NCBI RefSeq assembly: GCF_963921235.1
Contig: NC_086102.1
Coordinates: 44,082,001-44,146,000, forward strand
Direction of reading: 5' to 3'
Length of the DNA stretch: 64,000 nt
From: Mobula hypostoma
Lineage: Eukaryota
The notes under the pieces are model-generated. The model searched no databases, had not been told where the DNA came from, and worked only from the letters and a program-made list of their open reading frames with translations. Below, piece after piece: positions 39,925 through 53,689 of the stretch (positions are counted from its first letter, which is position 1; each line of letters begins with the position of its first letter). The position numbers and the translations under genes are program-made.

Positions 39925-42900
39925 CTGTGGCAGTAAAGAAAGTTGATAGAGAGCAAAGGATAAGTAAAGAAAAGATTGGAACGATGGGGAGTCAGCACAT
40001 TCTGTGTTCTTCAACTATGGTTCCTTCAGACATGGTGTTGATGACTAAAGAGTCTTTTTTGGCATTTGTTGTTGATGTACTGGTCGGGGCTAAAACTACA
40101 ACCAAGAGGTCGGATATGATAAAAGTAGTTGTTGAAGCTGCAGAGAGATTCCCTGGTATGAAACAGGTTTTACCGGAAAAATTACATGAGTATATGACAG
40201 ACAAATAATCACTGAATACTTCCCAGCTGTCGGGGTCAGAGAGTACGGAGGAGCTTTATGTGGATGAAAATGCCAATAATTAGAATTTGGATGTTTTTAA
40301 TATTACAATGGAATGCAAGAAGTTTAATTGCAAATGGTCAAGAATTAAAAAGATTTGTTGGAACTTTTAAAGACAAGCTTGATTTGATCTGTGTACAGGA
40401 GACATGGTTAAAGCCTCATCCAGGGATCACAAAATCTAAATATGATAGTTTGAGAGCTGACAGAACAGGTAAATCTGGTGGAGGGTGTGCAACTTTCATA
40501 AAAACAGGACTTCAGTTTAGAAGACTTGATTTTAAATCTCACCTTGAAATGATGGCTGTGGAGGCTTGGCGCTCTCGTGGTCAAACAACTTTGATTAACG
40601 CTTATAATCCATGTAATATGATGATGTTATCAGATTGTGATGAAATTATGAATAAGGTAAGATCCCCAGTAATCTGGGTTGGAGATTTCAATGCCCATAA
40701 TCCTATATGGGGTAGTGAAAGTTAAGATAGTAATGGAGCGGTAGTAGAGGAGTTTCTAGACAAATTCAACATGGTATTTCTAAATGACGGAAGGCCTACA
40801 AGATTTAATATTATAAAGAATACTTGTAGTCACTTAGACTTATCAATCTCTTCCTCAAACTTAGCCAGGATCAGGGAATGGGATGTTATGGACAGATACA
40901 CACTAGGAAGTGATCACTATCCTATATTATGTAGATTTGGTAGAAATTTGATAGTAGAAGTTGAGGAGAGGGCTGCTTGGTATAACTTTTCTTTGGCCCA
41001 TTGGGATTAGTACCAGGAGAAAGCTGTGGATATCATAGAAGAGATTGATAGCGAGGGCTCCATAGACGATTGGAATGAATCCCTCTGTTCTATACTTCAT
41101 AAAGTTGCTCAGTTGACTATTCCACTACGGAATGTTCCTAAGGCTCGAGCATTCGTTCCATGGTAGAATAAAAATTGTGATATATAAACCCATATAAACT
41201 ATCTAACAATTACAGCATGGATACAGGCCATCTCGGCCCTTCTAGTCCGTGCCGAACTCTTACACACACCTAGTTCCACCGACCTGCACTCAGCCCATAA
41301 CCCTCAATTCCTTTCCTGTCCATATAGCTATCCAATTTAACTTTAAATGACAACATCAAACCTGCCTCAACCACTTCTGCTGGATGCTCATTCCACACAG
41401 CTACCACTCTCTGAGAAAAGAAGTTCCCCCTCAAGTTACCCCTAAACTTTTGCCCTTTACTCTCAACTTATGTCCTCTTGTTGGAATCTCCCCCACTCTC
41501 AATGGAAAAAGCCTATCCATGTCAACTCTATCTATCCCCTTCAAGTCCCCCCTCAACCTTCTACGTTCCAAAGAATAAAGACCCAACTTGTTCAACCTTT
41601 CTCTGTAACTTAGGTGATGAAACCCAGGTAACGTTCTGGTAAATCTTCTACATACTCTCTCTATTTTGTTGACATGTTTCCTACAACTCGGTGACCAAAA
41701 TTGTACACAATACTCCAAATTTGGCCTCACCAATGCCTTGCACAATTTCAACATTACATCCCAACTCCCATACTCAACACTCTAATTTATAAAGGCCAGC
41801 ATTCCAAAAGCTTTCTTCACCACCCTATCTACATGAGATTCCGCCTTCAGGGAACTATGCACCATTATTCCTAGATCTCTCTGTTCTACTGCATTCTTCA
41901 ATGCCCTACCATTTACCATGTATGTCCTATTTCGATTAGTCCTACCAAAACGTAGCATCTCACATTTATCAGCATTAAACTCCATCTGCCATCTTTTAGC
42001 CCATTCTTCTAACTGGCCTAAATCTCTCTGCAAGCTTTGAAATCCTATTTCATTATCCACAACTCCACCAATCTTAGTATCATCTGCATACTTACTCATC
42101 CAATTTACCACCCCATCATCCAGATCATTAATGTATATGACAAATAACACTGGACCCAGTACAGATCCATGAGGCACACCATTAGTCACTGGCCTCCAAT
42201 CTGACAAACAGTTATCCACCACTACTCTCTGGCGTCTCTTATCCAGCCACTGCTGAATCCATTTTACTACTTCAATACTTATACCTAACGATTGAACCTT
42301 CCTAACCAACCTTCCGTGTGGGACCTTGTCAAAGGCCTTACTGCAGTCCATATAGTCAACATCCACCGCTTTACCCTTGTCAACTTTCCTAGTAACCTCT
42401 TCAAAAAATTCAATAAGATTTGTCAAACATGACCTTTCCCGCACAAATCCATGTTGACTGTTCCTAATCTGACCCCGTCTATCTAGATAATTATATATAC
42501 CATCTCTAAGAATACTCTCCAGCAATTTACCCACCACTGACGTCAAACTCACAGGCCGATAATTGCTAGGCTTACTATTAGACCCCCTTTTTAAACAATG
42601 GAGCAACATGAGCAATATGCCAATCCTCCAGTACCATCCCCGTTTCTAATGACATTTGAAATATTTCTGTCAGAGCCCCTGCTATTTCCACACTAACTTC
42701 CCTCAAGGTCCTAGGGAATATCCTGTCAGGACCCGGAGACTTATTCTTTAGTATTCCTTAAAAGCTCCAGTACTTCCTCTTCTTTAATCATCATAGTTTC
42801 CATAAATTCCCTACCTGTTTCCCCTGTCTTACACAATTCAATATCCTTCTCCTTAGTGAATACCGAAGAAAAGAGATTGTTCAGAATCTCCCCCATCTCT

Positions 42901-43920
42901 TTTGGCTCCACACATAGCTGTCCACTCTGATTCTCTAAGGGACCAATTTTATCCCTCACTATCCTTTTGCTATTAATATAACGGTAGAAACCCTTGGGAT
43001 TAATTTTCACCTTACTTGCCAAAGCAACCTCGTATCTTCTTCTAGCTTTTCTAATTTCTTTCTTAAGATTCTTTAAGAAATAGCAGTAAGAAACAGAAAT
43101 AGAGCTTACAGGAAATTAAGAAAGTACCCAGTGTTAGATAATGTTATGGAATATAAAAAGGAAAGAGCAGTAGCAAGGAGAGTAATTAAAAATGCAAAGG
43201 GGGATAGTTGGAGAAGATTTTGTGGAAGCCTGGGCCCTGAGGCACCTATAAAGCAGCTATGGACAATCAATCACAGAATGTCAGGGATATATAGAAACCC
43301 ATCTATCCCAGCTTTGCTGGAAGGAGATGTTGAAGCTGTAACCAATAAGGAAAAGGCTGATATGTTTGTAGAGGTGTTCCAAGCGTTACACAGTTCTGGA
43401 GAGCCAGGTGATTTGAGAAAGGAAATTATGTTAAAGGAAAGTTGGAAAGTGGACAGGAGTTTGAATGATAATAGCTCCATAAACTTGTTTTACTACCTTC
43501 AGGAATTGCAGGAAGCAATCCAATCAGGTTCAAACACTTCTCCTGGTAGGGATGGACTGTGTTATGAATTGCTTAAGCATTTAGATGATTCTGTATTAAT
43601 AGAAATGCTAGCTTTGTTTAATTCAGTGTGGAAAGAAGGAAAATTGCCAGTAGAATGGAAGCATGCAGTGGTAGTTCCAGTTTTAAAGCCAGGTAAAGAC
43701 GCGTCTAATCCTAGTTTGCATCAGCCTATAGCTTTAACATCAGTGCTTTGTAAAACTATGGAACGAATGATCCCTAACAGACTTGTTTATTTTTTAGAAA
43801 ATAAGGGACATTTTGCTGCCTATCAAAATGGTTTTAGAACTGGAAGATCAACAATGGAATCTGTTGCTCTTTTAGATCATGATATTTAAAAAGCGTTTCA
43901 AAATAGAGAAGTAATGGTAA
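39925..43920 (+). mobile_element. Nimb/I-clade-like LINE fragment split by a minus-strand CR1
   Basis: ORF1 tail (KVVVEAAERF), ORF2 ILQWNARSL, GDFNAHNPIWG, LNDGRPTR, GSDHYPI, SPGRDG, WKHAVVVPVLKPGKD; reading continues across the insert (KNCDI|AVRNRNRAY). Clade assignment is from motif recall. Confidence 0.75.
41183..43078 (-). mobile_element. 5'-truncated CR1 nested in the Nimb-like LINE
   Basis: ORF 41782-42615: NYRPVSLTS, KAFDKVPH, YADDTK; CR1 3' UTR toward 41190. Confidence 0.9.
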
Positions 43921-43928
43921 TGATACGA

Positions 43929-45066
43929 ACTAGGCTTGGGTTCTTCGAGGCAAGGACATGACGAGGCTTGGGTTTTTCGAGGCGAGGACATGACGAGGCT
44001 TGGGTTCTTCGAGGCGAGGACATGTCGAGGCTTGGGTTCTTCAAGGCGAGGACATGACGAGGCTTGGGTTCTTCGAGGTGAGGACATGACGAGGCTTGGG
44101 TTCGGACTCCAAGCCAGAGACTGGACAAGGACCCAGAACCTTGGTCTTGACTCGGGCTCGGACTCCGGAACTAGGCGAAGACATGACGTGGTTTTGGGAG
44201 ATAGGACTAGGCAAGGCTACAGGACAGATCGAGAGACTCCTGGGCGGGACAAGGCAACTCCAGGACAGGACGACAGAAAACTCGGAACCTTGGACTTGGG
44301 ACGACAGGAATGCAGAACACAGAGCCTTTGGTCTTGGGGAGTGCGGAAACACGGAGCCTTGGTCTTGGGGAGCGCATGAACACAGGGACGGGGAACACAG
44401 AGCCAGGACCCCTCCTTAGGAACAGGACGTAGGGCCAGGACTCATACACAGAATACTGAACATGACGAGATTGTTTGCATCACTAGGTAGAGGCAAACGG
44501 CCAGACCTACCTGGCAAAGGCGTGGACACAGAGACGGTTCCCAACACTAGGTAGCAGCAAATGGCCAGACCTACCTAGCGAAGGCATGGACACAGAGATA
44601 GTTCCAACTCAACGATAGACAGTTCCTTATCTTGACACTGCAAGGCTCTGGTCTCACTCCAGTGGTTGAACTCGACAAGGTTGTGGGCAAGGCTCCAGAC
44701 ACAGGTTGCAGGCAAGGCTCCAGAAGGAAGGGGAAGGGGAAGGGAAGGGAACAGTCCAGCCTCAGGGTAACAGCAAAGATGGCCTGGCTTACCTAATGGA
44801 GTCAAGGACAGGAAGGGACAGATCCAACTGCAGGGTAACAGCAAAGACAGCCTGACTTACCCCACAGAGGCGAGGACAGGATACTGACAAGACAAACCAG
44901 CAACCACACTTGAACCCAGGGCCACTTATATTCCCAACCCAAGATGAGCATCAGGTGCCTATGATTGAGCCCAACTGAAACAAGGGACAGCCGGAAAACC
45001 CAGATTCCGGAGTCCACCGACCAGACCGTAAACTGGAACGTGGACTTCATGGACTGGACCATGACA
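43929..45066. mobile_element. Partial LTR-type element with internal 32-bp tandem repeat (43933-44103)
   Basis: Homologous to 58570-59675, ends CATGACA; unit GAGGCGAGGACATGACGAGGCTTGGGTTCTTC about 5.4 times. Confidence 0.75.
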
Positions 45067-48057
45067 ATATCCACTCCCATCTCTTTTTTTACTCTTTACA
45101 TATCTGAAAATCTTTAACATCCTCTTTTATATGATTGGCTAGCTTACCTTCATATTTCATCTTTTCTCTCCTTATGGCTTTTTCGTTGCCTTCTGTTGGT
45201 TTTTAAAAGCTTCACAATCCACTAACAATCCCACTAAATTTTGCTCTATTATATGCCCTCTCTTTTTGTTTTTATGCTGTCTTTGACTTTGCTTGTCAGC
45301 CATGCTCGGCTCATCCTCTCTTCACAACACTATTTCATCTTTGGAATGTATCTGTCCTGTGCTTTCCACATTGCTCCCAGAAACTCTATTCATTGTTGTT
45401 CTGCTGTCATCCCTGCTGGTGTCCCCTTCCAATCAACTGTGGCCTGCTCCTTTCTCATGCCTCTGTAATTCCCTTTACTCCACTGTCATACTGACACATT
45501 TGATTTTATCGTCTCCTTCTGCAGATTGAATTCTCTCATTTATGATCACTGCTTCCTAAGAGTTTCTTTATCTTAAGCTCCCTCATCAAATCTGGTTTAT
45601 TACACAACAGCTAATTGTGAATTGCCTTTTCACCTATGGGCTCAACCACAAGTTGCTCTAAAAAGCAATCTCATAGGCATTCTACAAATTCCCTTTCTTG
45701 GGATCTGGCACCAACATGTAGCCACAGAATCACTTTTCCTTTCCCCTACTATTGAGTCTCCTATCACTACTGCTCTGCCCAACTTTACCCTTCCCCGCTA
45801 GCCTCAGAGCTGGCCTCACTGTTGCCGCTGTACCCTGGTAGGTCACTCCTAGTCCCAGCGGTATCCAAGGGGTTTACTTGTCATTGGGGGGAGGTGGGAA
45901 TGGCCACAGGGGAAACCCTGCACTGACTAATTTCTCCCTTTACTTCTGGTGGTCTCCCATCTACTATCTGAAGCCTGTACACCTGTGTACATCCAGCTCT
46001 AGTTCCATTTCCTTGACCTTGTCAGTCAGCAGCTGAAGTTGAATGCACTTCCTGCAGATGTAGTGACCAGCAAGAGTGTCAGGTACCCTGAAAGCCCACA
46101 TCTCTCAGCAGCAGCATTCCACTGCTTAAACTACTATCCTGCCTACACTTGTTATACCTCTGACTGTTCATACTTAAGCTCTAGCCTCTGTCTGTTCTCA
46201 CCTAAGCCTGTTGAGCCAAAGTCTAACACTGTTCGGTCACACAATGGTCACTCAGCTTACACCCCACTTCTCTTTATTGGCCCCTGCCGAGTGCCTAAAG
46301 GATTGCGAAGATAGCATCTCTCCAAATAGTTCCAAATGTTCCCAAGCTCCTTTTAAATCTTACATAGCCGAACCAACCAACGATTCTCACAATGATTGCA
46401 GCCTGTCGAAAATACCAAAAGATCTCAAGCTCCTCGCCAACAGCCTCTCGCTTGGCCTCTGGAATTCCAAGAATCAAGTTTATTTATGATGTCGACATTG
46501 AAATATACAGTGAAATGCATCATTTCCGTTAACAACCAACACACCCGAGAGCGTGCTGGAAGCAGTCCACACTTGTTGCCACATATTCCGGTATAAAATA
46601 GCATGCCCACAATGTTGTCAGTTTGATTGCCTGCTCCACTCTCTAAAAATTCACAAGTTTCTGTTTGCTACTAATCTTTGTTCTAAAACAGCATCACAGT
46701 TAACTGCCTCAGACCTGCATATTTGAAATGGCTAAGTTAATTTGTCCACCACAGCTGACGTTTGTATTCAACCACGTTTATTTTGTGTTAGGGCTTGCCT
46801 GCTCCAGCCTGTCACCCTTTATGGCATAGCTTGTTTTGTTTTCCACTTATTGGTAAAAAAAAATTATCCTGGAAACAATTTTACCAAAATTCAGATGTTT
46901 AAATCAAGGAATTTTTAAAGGCAATATATGAATGTTTTATATATTTTGGCTCAGTTACCCTTTCTCATAAACCAACTTGTATTTCCCGTTTAGTTTAGTC
47001 ATGCTGAATTTGCTGAATTACAAGCTCATATTTCACTGGTCACTTATCCTTCAGTCTGATTAATTAACAAGATAACGGGAGGTCCAGGTGGGGAGCTCTT
47101 TGCCTTTTGGCTGACAGAAAGAGATCCGTCCAACCGTTTTGGATGTGGCAAATTCATTAATGTGACGTGGCGAAATTCATAGTAAGCTAAACGTCAAGCC
47201 TTATCCGTAACATTGAACATAAAATTGAACTGAGCTGCATGTGTTGATTGTAGAAAAAGGTTACATATATGTGAGAGGCAATTTGGGTCAGGAAACGATC
47301 TCGAATCACCTGGCTCTGAGTCTCTGGTGGACGAACATACTTGATGACCCAGATATTTAATTATTTTTTCATTGTGTTACTTTCCTTGCACTTGTCTGCT
47401 TTCTCTGTGACTGTGACACTGTTCTGCATTCTGTTTTCCTTTTAACTATCTCAGCGTAATTATGCAGGGAAGAATCCGGCTGGCTGGCACACAGTACAAA
47501 AACTTTTCGATGTATTTCAGTACGCATGGCAATAATATACCCAAAGCAACAAGTTGTTTTGCTGGCGAAGGGTCTCGGCCTGAAACGTCGACTGCACCTC
47601 TTCCTAGAGATGCTGCCTGGCCTGCTGTGTTCACCAGCAACTTTGATGTGTGTTGCATGAATTTCCAGCATCTGCAGAATTCCTCGTGTTTAAGTTGTAT
47701 TGCTGGTGGCATTCGCTGTCTGTTAGGTGCTAAGGCAGTGGAATTTTGTGCACTTTCGCTGTTGTTTCGTGGTCCACTTCCCAGGACAGGGGAAATAAAA
47801 GCATTCCGATCCAAATATGATGTAGGCAAGGTAATTACGAAGCCACTTTCTAAGTAAAACAAAGGAAGCTTACTGCTGATATTGATTTTATGTATGTTTT
47901 GAAACACTACATTAAGCGAACCGTTCTTTATTGCCAATGGAATAAAAGGAAGTTCTGGTTCCTTCTCATGGACAGTTCACGCCTTCACCGCTGCTGTCTT
48001 CTACTCCAGTTTTCCTTCCATAATTTGCAGTCTTGTTGCTGATGGCGGTCATCGCAG

Positions 48058-48337
48058 GGCTCGCTGTCAGTCTAAAAATTGTCAAGTCCCCTACGGTTTT
48101 GACCCTTCTTCGAGGGCAAACAGCTCGAATCATTTGCCCCTGCGAATTGAGGAGGAGCCGGAGGATCGGGCGGGAATGGTCTCGGTCGCCAGGCGGTTCC
48201 GGGATTGGCAGCTGGAAATTCTTGAAGACAGGCATTCAGCAGCCTGAGGGCTCGCTGGTCATTCAGGATTTTTCACAGAGGGTGGTGGGCACATGGCTTC
48301 GCCACGTCTAGGTTGGGTTTTCCTTTTGTGACCCGAG
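48058..48337 (+). pseudogene. Degenerate paralogous V exon (VJ-C1 family pseudogene)
   Basis: GLAVSLKIVKSPTVLTLLRGQTARIIC...W...GSWKFLKTG...PEGSLVIQ aligns with the 60.3-kb V exon; second Cys and J motif lost, stop at 48309-48311; upstream intron and downstream 49.2-49.62 kb are also paralogous. Confidence 0.85.
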
Positions 48338-48519
48338 GTAATTAGATAAACCAACACCCAAACAAACCCCTGTACGGGGAAGATTTAAAAAAGTGCTGCT
48401 GATACAACAGCTCCACGACTTCGGTGGGCGGCAGGGTCGATCATGCAGATTTCCAAAAGTTCACTGAAAGAGAGGCGGTTAAAATGCAACACTCCGACCG
48501 CTTTTGCAACGCCAACAAG

Positions 48520-49173
48520 ATCTCTGAGGATCTAAGCTGGCCCAACATATTGATGTAGTTATAAACAAGGCAAGTCAGCGGCTATACTTCATTAGGAGTT
48601 TGAAGAGATTTGGCATGTTAACAAATACACTCAAAAATTTCTATAGTTGTATCATGGAGAGCATTCTGACAGGCTGCATCACTGTCTGGTATGGAGGGGC
48701 TACTGCAAAGGACCGAAAGAAGCTGCAGAGGGTTGTAGATCTAGTCAGCTCCATCTTGGGTACTAGCCTACAAAGTACCCAGGACATCTTCAAGGAGCGG
48801 TGTCTCAGAAAGGCAGCGCACATTATCAAGGACCTCCAGCACCCAGGGCATGCCCTTTTCTCACTGTTACCATCAGGTAGGAGGTACAGAAGCCTGAAGG
48901 CACACACTCAGCGATTCAGGAACAGCTTCTTCCCCTCTGCCATTCGATTTCTAAATGGTCATTGAATCTTTGGATGCTACCTCACTTCTTTTAATATACA
49001 GTATTTCTGTTTTTGCACATGTTTTTTTAAAATCTATTCAATATACATATACTGTAATTGATTTACTTGTTTATATATATATATATTTAGATTATGTATT
49101 GCATTGAACTGCTGCTGCTAAGTTAACAAATTTCACGTCACATGCCGGTGATAATAAACCTGATTCTGATTCT
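48520..49173 (+). mobile_element. Rex1-like LINE 3' fragment inside the V pseudogene's downstream intron
   Basis: ESILTGCITVWYG, HPGHALFSLLPSGRRYRS; AATAAA + (GATTCT)n tail. Confidence 0.85.
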
Positions 49174-50794
49174 GAAATCTGTTAAATACCAGCGGGATTG
49201 GTAATGGGGAATCGAAACCGTGAAACGTCCTTGTTGGGACACACTGCCAGTGTAATTTGCATCTTGTGACGAAAGTGTGCGTGGTCGAAAGGAGATGAAA
49301 AATAGAACTAGGAAGTGCTGGAAATTCTCAGCAGGTCAGGTCGCAAATGCGGAGAGAGAAGCAGTTAAAGTTTCATATTGAAAACCCTTCGTCAGAACAC
49401 TGACCTGAAACTTTAAGTCTGTTTCTCTGCTGTTTCAGATTTTAATTCCAGATCTCCGGTAACTGCCTTTGTTTATTCTCACTCGCTGTAAAACTTCGAA
49501 TTCATTACTTTCCCGGGCTGTATTTTATTTCTCTTCCTGCCGGCATACATCTTGAGACACAAACTAATCAATTCAGTTTACATCGTTTCCTTTGTATCCG
49601 TGCACCGTCTTCAGTTGTGTCCACACGTGGAAGTGGAGAGCATATTTCTTAAGTGTCGGGGTATCCAGACTAGAGGGCACAGCCTCAAAATTGAGGAACA
49701 ACCCTTTAGAACAGTGGTAAGGAGGAATTCTTTTAACCAGAGGGTAGTAAATCTATGGAATGCTCTGCCACAGACTGCGGTGGAGGTCAAGTCCATGCGT
49801 ATACTTAAAGCAGAGGGGGAGGGGGAAAGTCGACTCAGACCATGAGAGGCCTGTGTCGGGCATTTTCATGCCTTACAAGGCGCAGACTGGAAGTTGATCA
49901 TTTCCTGATCGGCCAGGGCATCAAAGGATGTGACAAGAAGGCAGGTGTATGGGGTTGAGTGGGATCTGGGATCAGCCATGATGGAATGGTGGAGCAGACT
50001 CAATGGGCTGAATGGCCTAATTCTGATCCTATGTCTTATGGTCTTATGGATCTAATTACTGAAATGGCAGCTGAGGAGCACTTTGGGTCCTGTGGAACTT
50101 TAATGTCCATTTCTCCTCTGTGTTTACTAAGAAGAATATCATGGATTCCAGGGAAATGAATTTAAAAAGTAATGAATCTTGGATCATTTGCTTATTATGA
50201 GGGAGGAGGTATTTGTAGTCTTCAAGTGCATTAAGGTGGGCCTGAATAAGGGCATCCCCAGACCTTATGGGAGCCCCAGTGAAGATATCACAAAACCCCT
50301 GTTTGCTTTGTTGTTAGCTATTGTCAAAGTTCCAGAAGACTGGGGGGTAGAGGGTTCAAGAATGGTAACGAAGATTGGCCAGGGGACTACACACTGGTGA
50401 ACTTGATTAAACTGTACAGAAGTTATTGGAGTGTCTTCTGTAGGTCAAGTTCCACAATCACTTATGTAGATAGTCATGACCTGACCAGGAATGGTCAGCA
50501 TGGATTTGTGCATGGGAGGAAATAACTGAGGAAGCTTTGGAGTTTTTCCCAAAGAGGTAACTAAGGGAATAGATGAAGGTAGGATAATGAATGTTGTCTA
50601 TACATTTACATGACAAGGTCCTGCATGGCAGGATTATGTCGGAGGTTAGGTTGCATAATATTCATGGAGAGGTAGTGAGGTGGATTCAGAATTGGTTTGA
50701 TGATAGGAAGCAGATGGTGTTAGTTGAAGGACCTTTGTTATTCATTATTTATTTAAATGATATAAATGTACATGCATGATCAATAAGTTTGCTG

Positions 50795-52320
50795 GTTTAT
50801 CCATTGACATACGGGCCCAATGCACTACCTTGAACTGTATCAAGGAATGGTGGGCACAAATTGATGAGTTATTAACAAAATGAAAAATTTTGCTCCAATG
50901 ATTGTCTGAAAATGACTCTTGAAATTCTAATTCCCAAGCACGTTTAATTTTATCGTTAGATATCATTCGAAAATTCAATAACCATTTATAAATTATAGCT
51001 ATCAACCCTTTTTGAAGTGGTTTAAGCTGAAAGAGAGCATCTGTCATTAGGTGGATAAGCAGAAGGGTAATTTGGCAGCAAACCACGTAAAAAAATTCCT
51101 AATTTGTAAATAGCTAAAAAAGTGTACATTAGATAAGTCATATTTATTCACTAACTGAGAAAAAGACATTAAACAATCCCCTAAAAACAAATCTGACAAA
51201 GTTATTATTCCCTTGGTTTTCCAAATAAAAAAGGCTTTATCCAAAATTGATTGTTTAAAAGAGAGTGAAATGGATATTACTAGAAAGAACAAAATTATTT
51301 AACTCAAAAAATCTACAAAACTGAAACCAAATTCTTAATGTATGTTTAATAATGGGATTAAAGTCTTGACTACTAAACTTAGAAAACAAAAAGGGAAGAG
51401 GAGCTCCCAGTAAAGAGGCCAAAGAGAACCCCTTCACCGAGTTTTCCTCCAAATCCAAACACGAAGGACATTCATGTATGTCTGAGTAATGAATCCAAAA
51501 GGTAATATATCAAATATTAATTGCCCAATAATACATTCTAGCACATATTTTTTCCAACATCAGTCCTATCTGTGACAGATGTAATATTGAGGTGGCCACT
51601 TCAACTCATATGTTTGGTCTTGCATAAAGCTAGATAATTTTTGGAGAGATGTTTTTAAAACGCTATCAAACGTCTTGGATCTGGACCTACAACCTAATTT
51701 ACTTACGGCAATCTTTGGGATTATCCCATCGGAAGCAGGAAATATTCCTGTTTCCGCTCAATGTATGATAGCCTTTTCAACTTTATTGGCTCAGAGAGCC
51801 ATTTTATTGAAATGGAAGGATTCTAATATCCCTACTGTCTTTTATTGGCTTTCCTCCATTATGTCTTATTTAAGTTCAGAGAAAATAAGTTGGATATTTG
51901 ATACATCCTTTAAATTTGAGCAAATCTGGTGACCTTTTATTCAATATTTTCATTTGATTTGATTTTTTACTCTTCCAGTTATTTATTTTTCGAAGTTCTA
52001 GATTTGATCAGAAAGTCTCTCCTTTTTTTTGGTCATATCCTCAGAATGGACTGCCCAGTCACCTTTTCCCCCCTCCTTTTTTCATATAGTGTCTTTTTTC
52101 TTTTCTCTTTTAAAATCAAAGCTTTTTTTCTCTTTATGAACTAATAAGAGAATTAGCTGTCTTTTATTATATACTACATAGCTTAACACTATGTATGATT
52201 TTGATAATGTTTATTTCACTTTCTGTTTGTATTGTTATTGATATATGTATTTGAGATAATTCTCCTCTTGTTCGTTTGTATATATGGTCTTTTTAAATCA
52301 ATAAAGAGATTGATTAAAAA
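50795..52320 (+). mobile_element. L1-clade LINE with 5' inversion (twin priming), inserted in a CR1 fragment
   Basis: About 50795-51540 reads as L1 ORF2 on the minus strand up to MSMDKP; the plus strand continues AHIF...SPICDRC...HM; A tail; TSD AAGTTTGCTG at 50785-50794 and 52321-52330. Confidence 0.85.
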
Positions 52321-52735
52321 AAGTTTGCTGATATATTAACTTGGGGGTCTTGTTGACAGTGAAGTTCATTACAATGAATAGCAAAGAGATCTTGATTAGT
52401 TAGGGAGATAGGCTGAGGAATGGCAAATAGATTTCAACTTAGTGTGAGGTGATGCATTTTGAACAGTCAAAGCAGAGTAGGATTTATACAGTGAATGGCA
52501 GGGCACAGATGAGTGTTGTGGAACAGAGGGAACTGAAAGTACAAGAATACAGTTTGCAGGAAGTGGCTGCACAACTGTAGCAAAGAGGGTGTTTAGCATG
52601 CTGGACTATGTCATTCAAGGCAGTCAATTTGGGAGTGGATACACTATATTGCATTTACACAAGACATTGGTGAAGCCGCACTTGGAGAATTGTGTATAGT
52701 TTGCATCACTCTGTTATATGAAATATATTATCAAG

Positions 52736-53567
52736 TGTTACGTACCCCGTAACTGGGTTGCCAAACCAGCAGAAATGGATCACTCAGTTGGAGTCTGGAG
52801 TACTAGAACTAAGGAAGTTTTATTAAAGGAACAAGCAACACAGTAATCGAAAGGATAATAAATGCAACAGTTCAGCGATGATAAACACACATGTGCACAG
52901 AATTAAGATAACAGCATCAATCAAGCTCTATCGTTGTCTAGGGGTAAATGACCAAATTTCAAAGTGACTCAAAGTTCAGTCCAGTTTAGTAGTTCAGTTT
53001 GCAGTAATCGTTGCCATGGTGATGGACAACGTGGGGGAAGAGAGAGAGGGAACAGGAACAACTGATCATTCAGACACGGCTTCACTCACAGACCGGCGAG
53101 ATGGCTCACAAGCAGCTTTTGGGCGGGTCCTTGGTGATGTCACCTGAGGTCACCGACTGTGACCCCTCCTCCAGATGCGGTCGATCCTCTGCAGTGAACC
53201 CGGCACCCAAGCGAGGGCGGACACACACCGGGTTCCCGCTGATCGTACCTTTCCACCCTGGCCGTTGTCTGGTACTTTCCACCGACTCGTGAGAAGCGTA
53301 CCGCTTCCAGGGTCTCGTTACCTCGGGTGGCATGTGTGTCATGCCTTAGCGAACCGGTCCCTTTTTATCCCCCTGCTGGGGTATCGCCTGTCCATCACTT
53401 CAAACAGTTCAAGGTTCAAAGGGGGGAGCCGCTCCAGACAGCTCTCTCTCCCCCGTCCCGTTCCTTATCTCTCCTTCCCCTGAGGGCAGGTGGCAGGCCA
53501 CTTGCTGATGTCACTAATGCTAACCCAGGCCAGCAAACATCTTAATTTTATGTGTATTCTCGTCACA
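52736..53567 (-). mobile_element. Solo LTR (Gypsy-type, related to 20707-21511 and 63511-64000)
   Basis: TGTTACG...CGTCACA termini, 4-bp TSD CAAG. Confidence 0.9.
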
Positions 53568-53689
53568 CAAGCTGGAGAGGGTGTAGAGGCATCCTGAACA
53601 GAACACTTTTGTTGTTGTTCCACTTGGCTCCAGCATTGCAGAAATGAAATCATTCTGAGGCAGATGTGATAAAGTTAAAGTTTTTACAA

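Noticed and set aside
43872-44449. Repetitive ORFs in several frames as a novel protein
   Set aside because: By-product of the 32-bp tandem array inside an LTR element.
48031-48057. Signal peptide fused to the 48-kb V exon (MLLMAVIAG)
   Set aside because: Aligns to intron 1 of the intact gene; the homologous acceptor is ATCGCAG at 48057.
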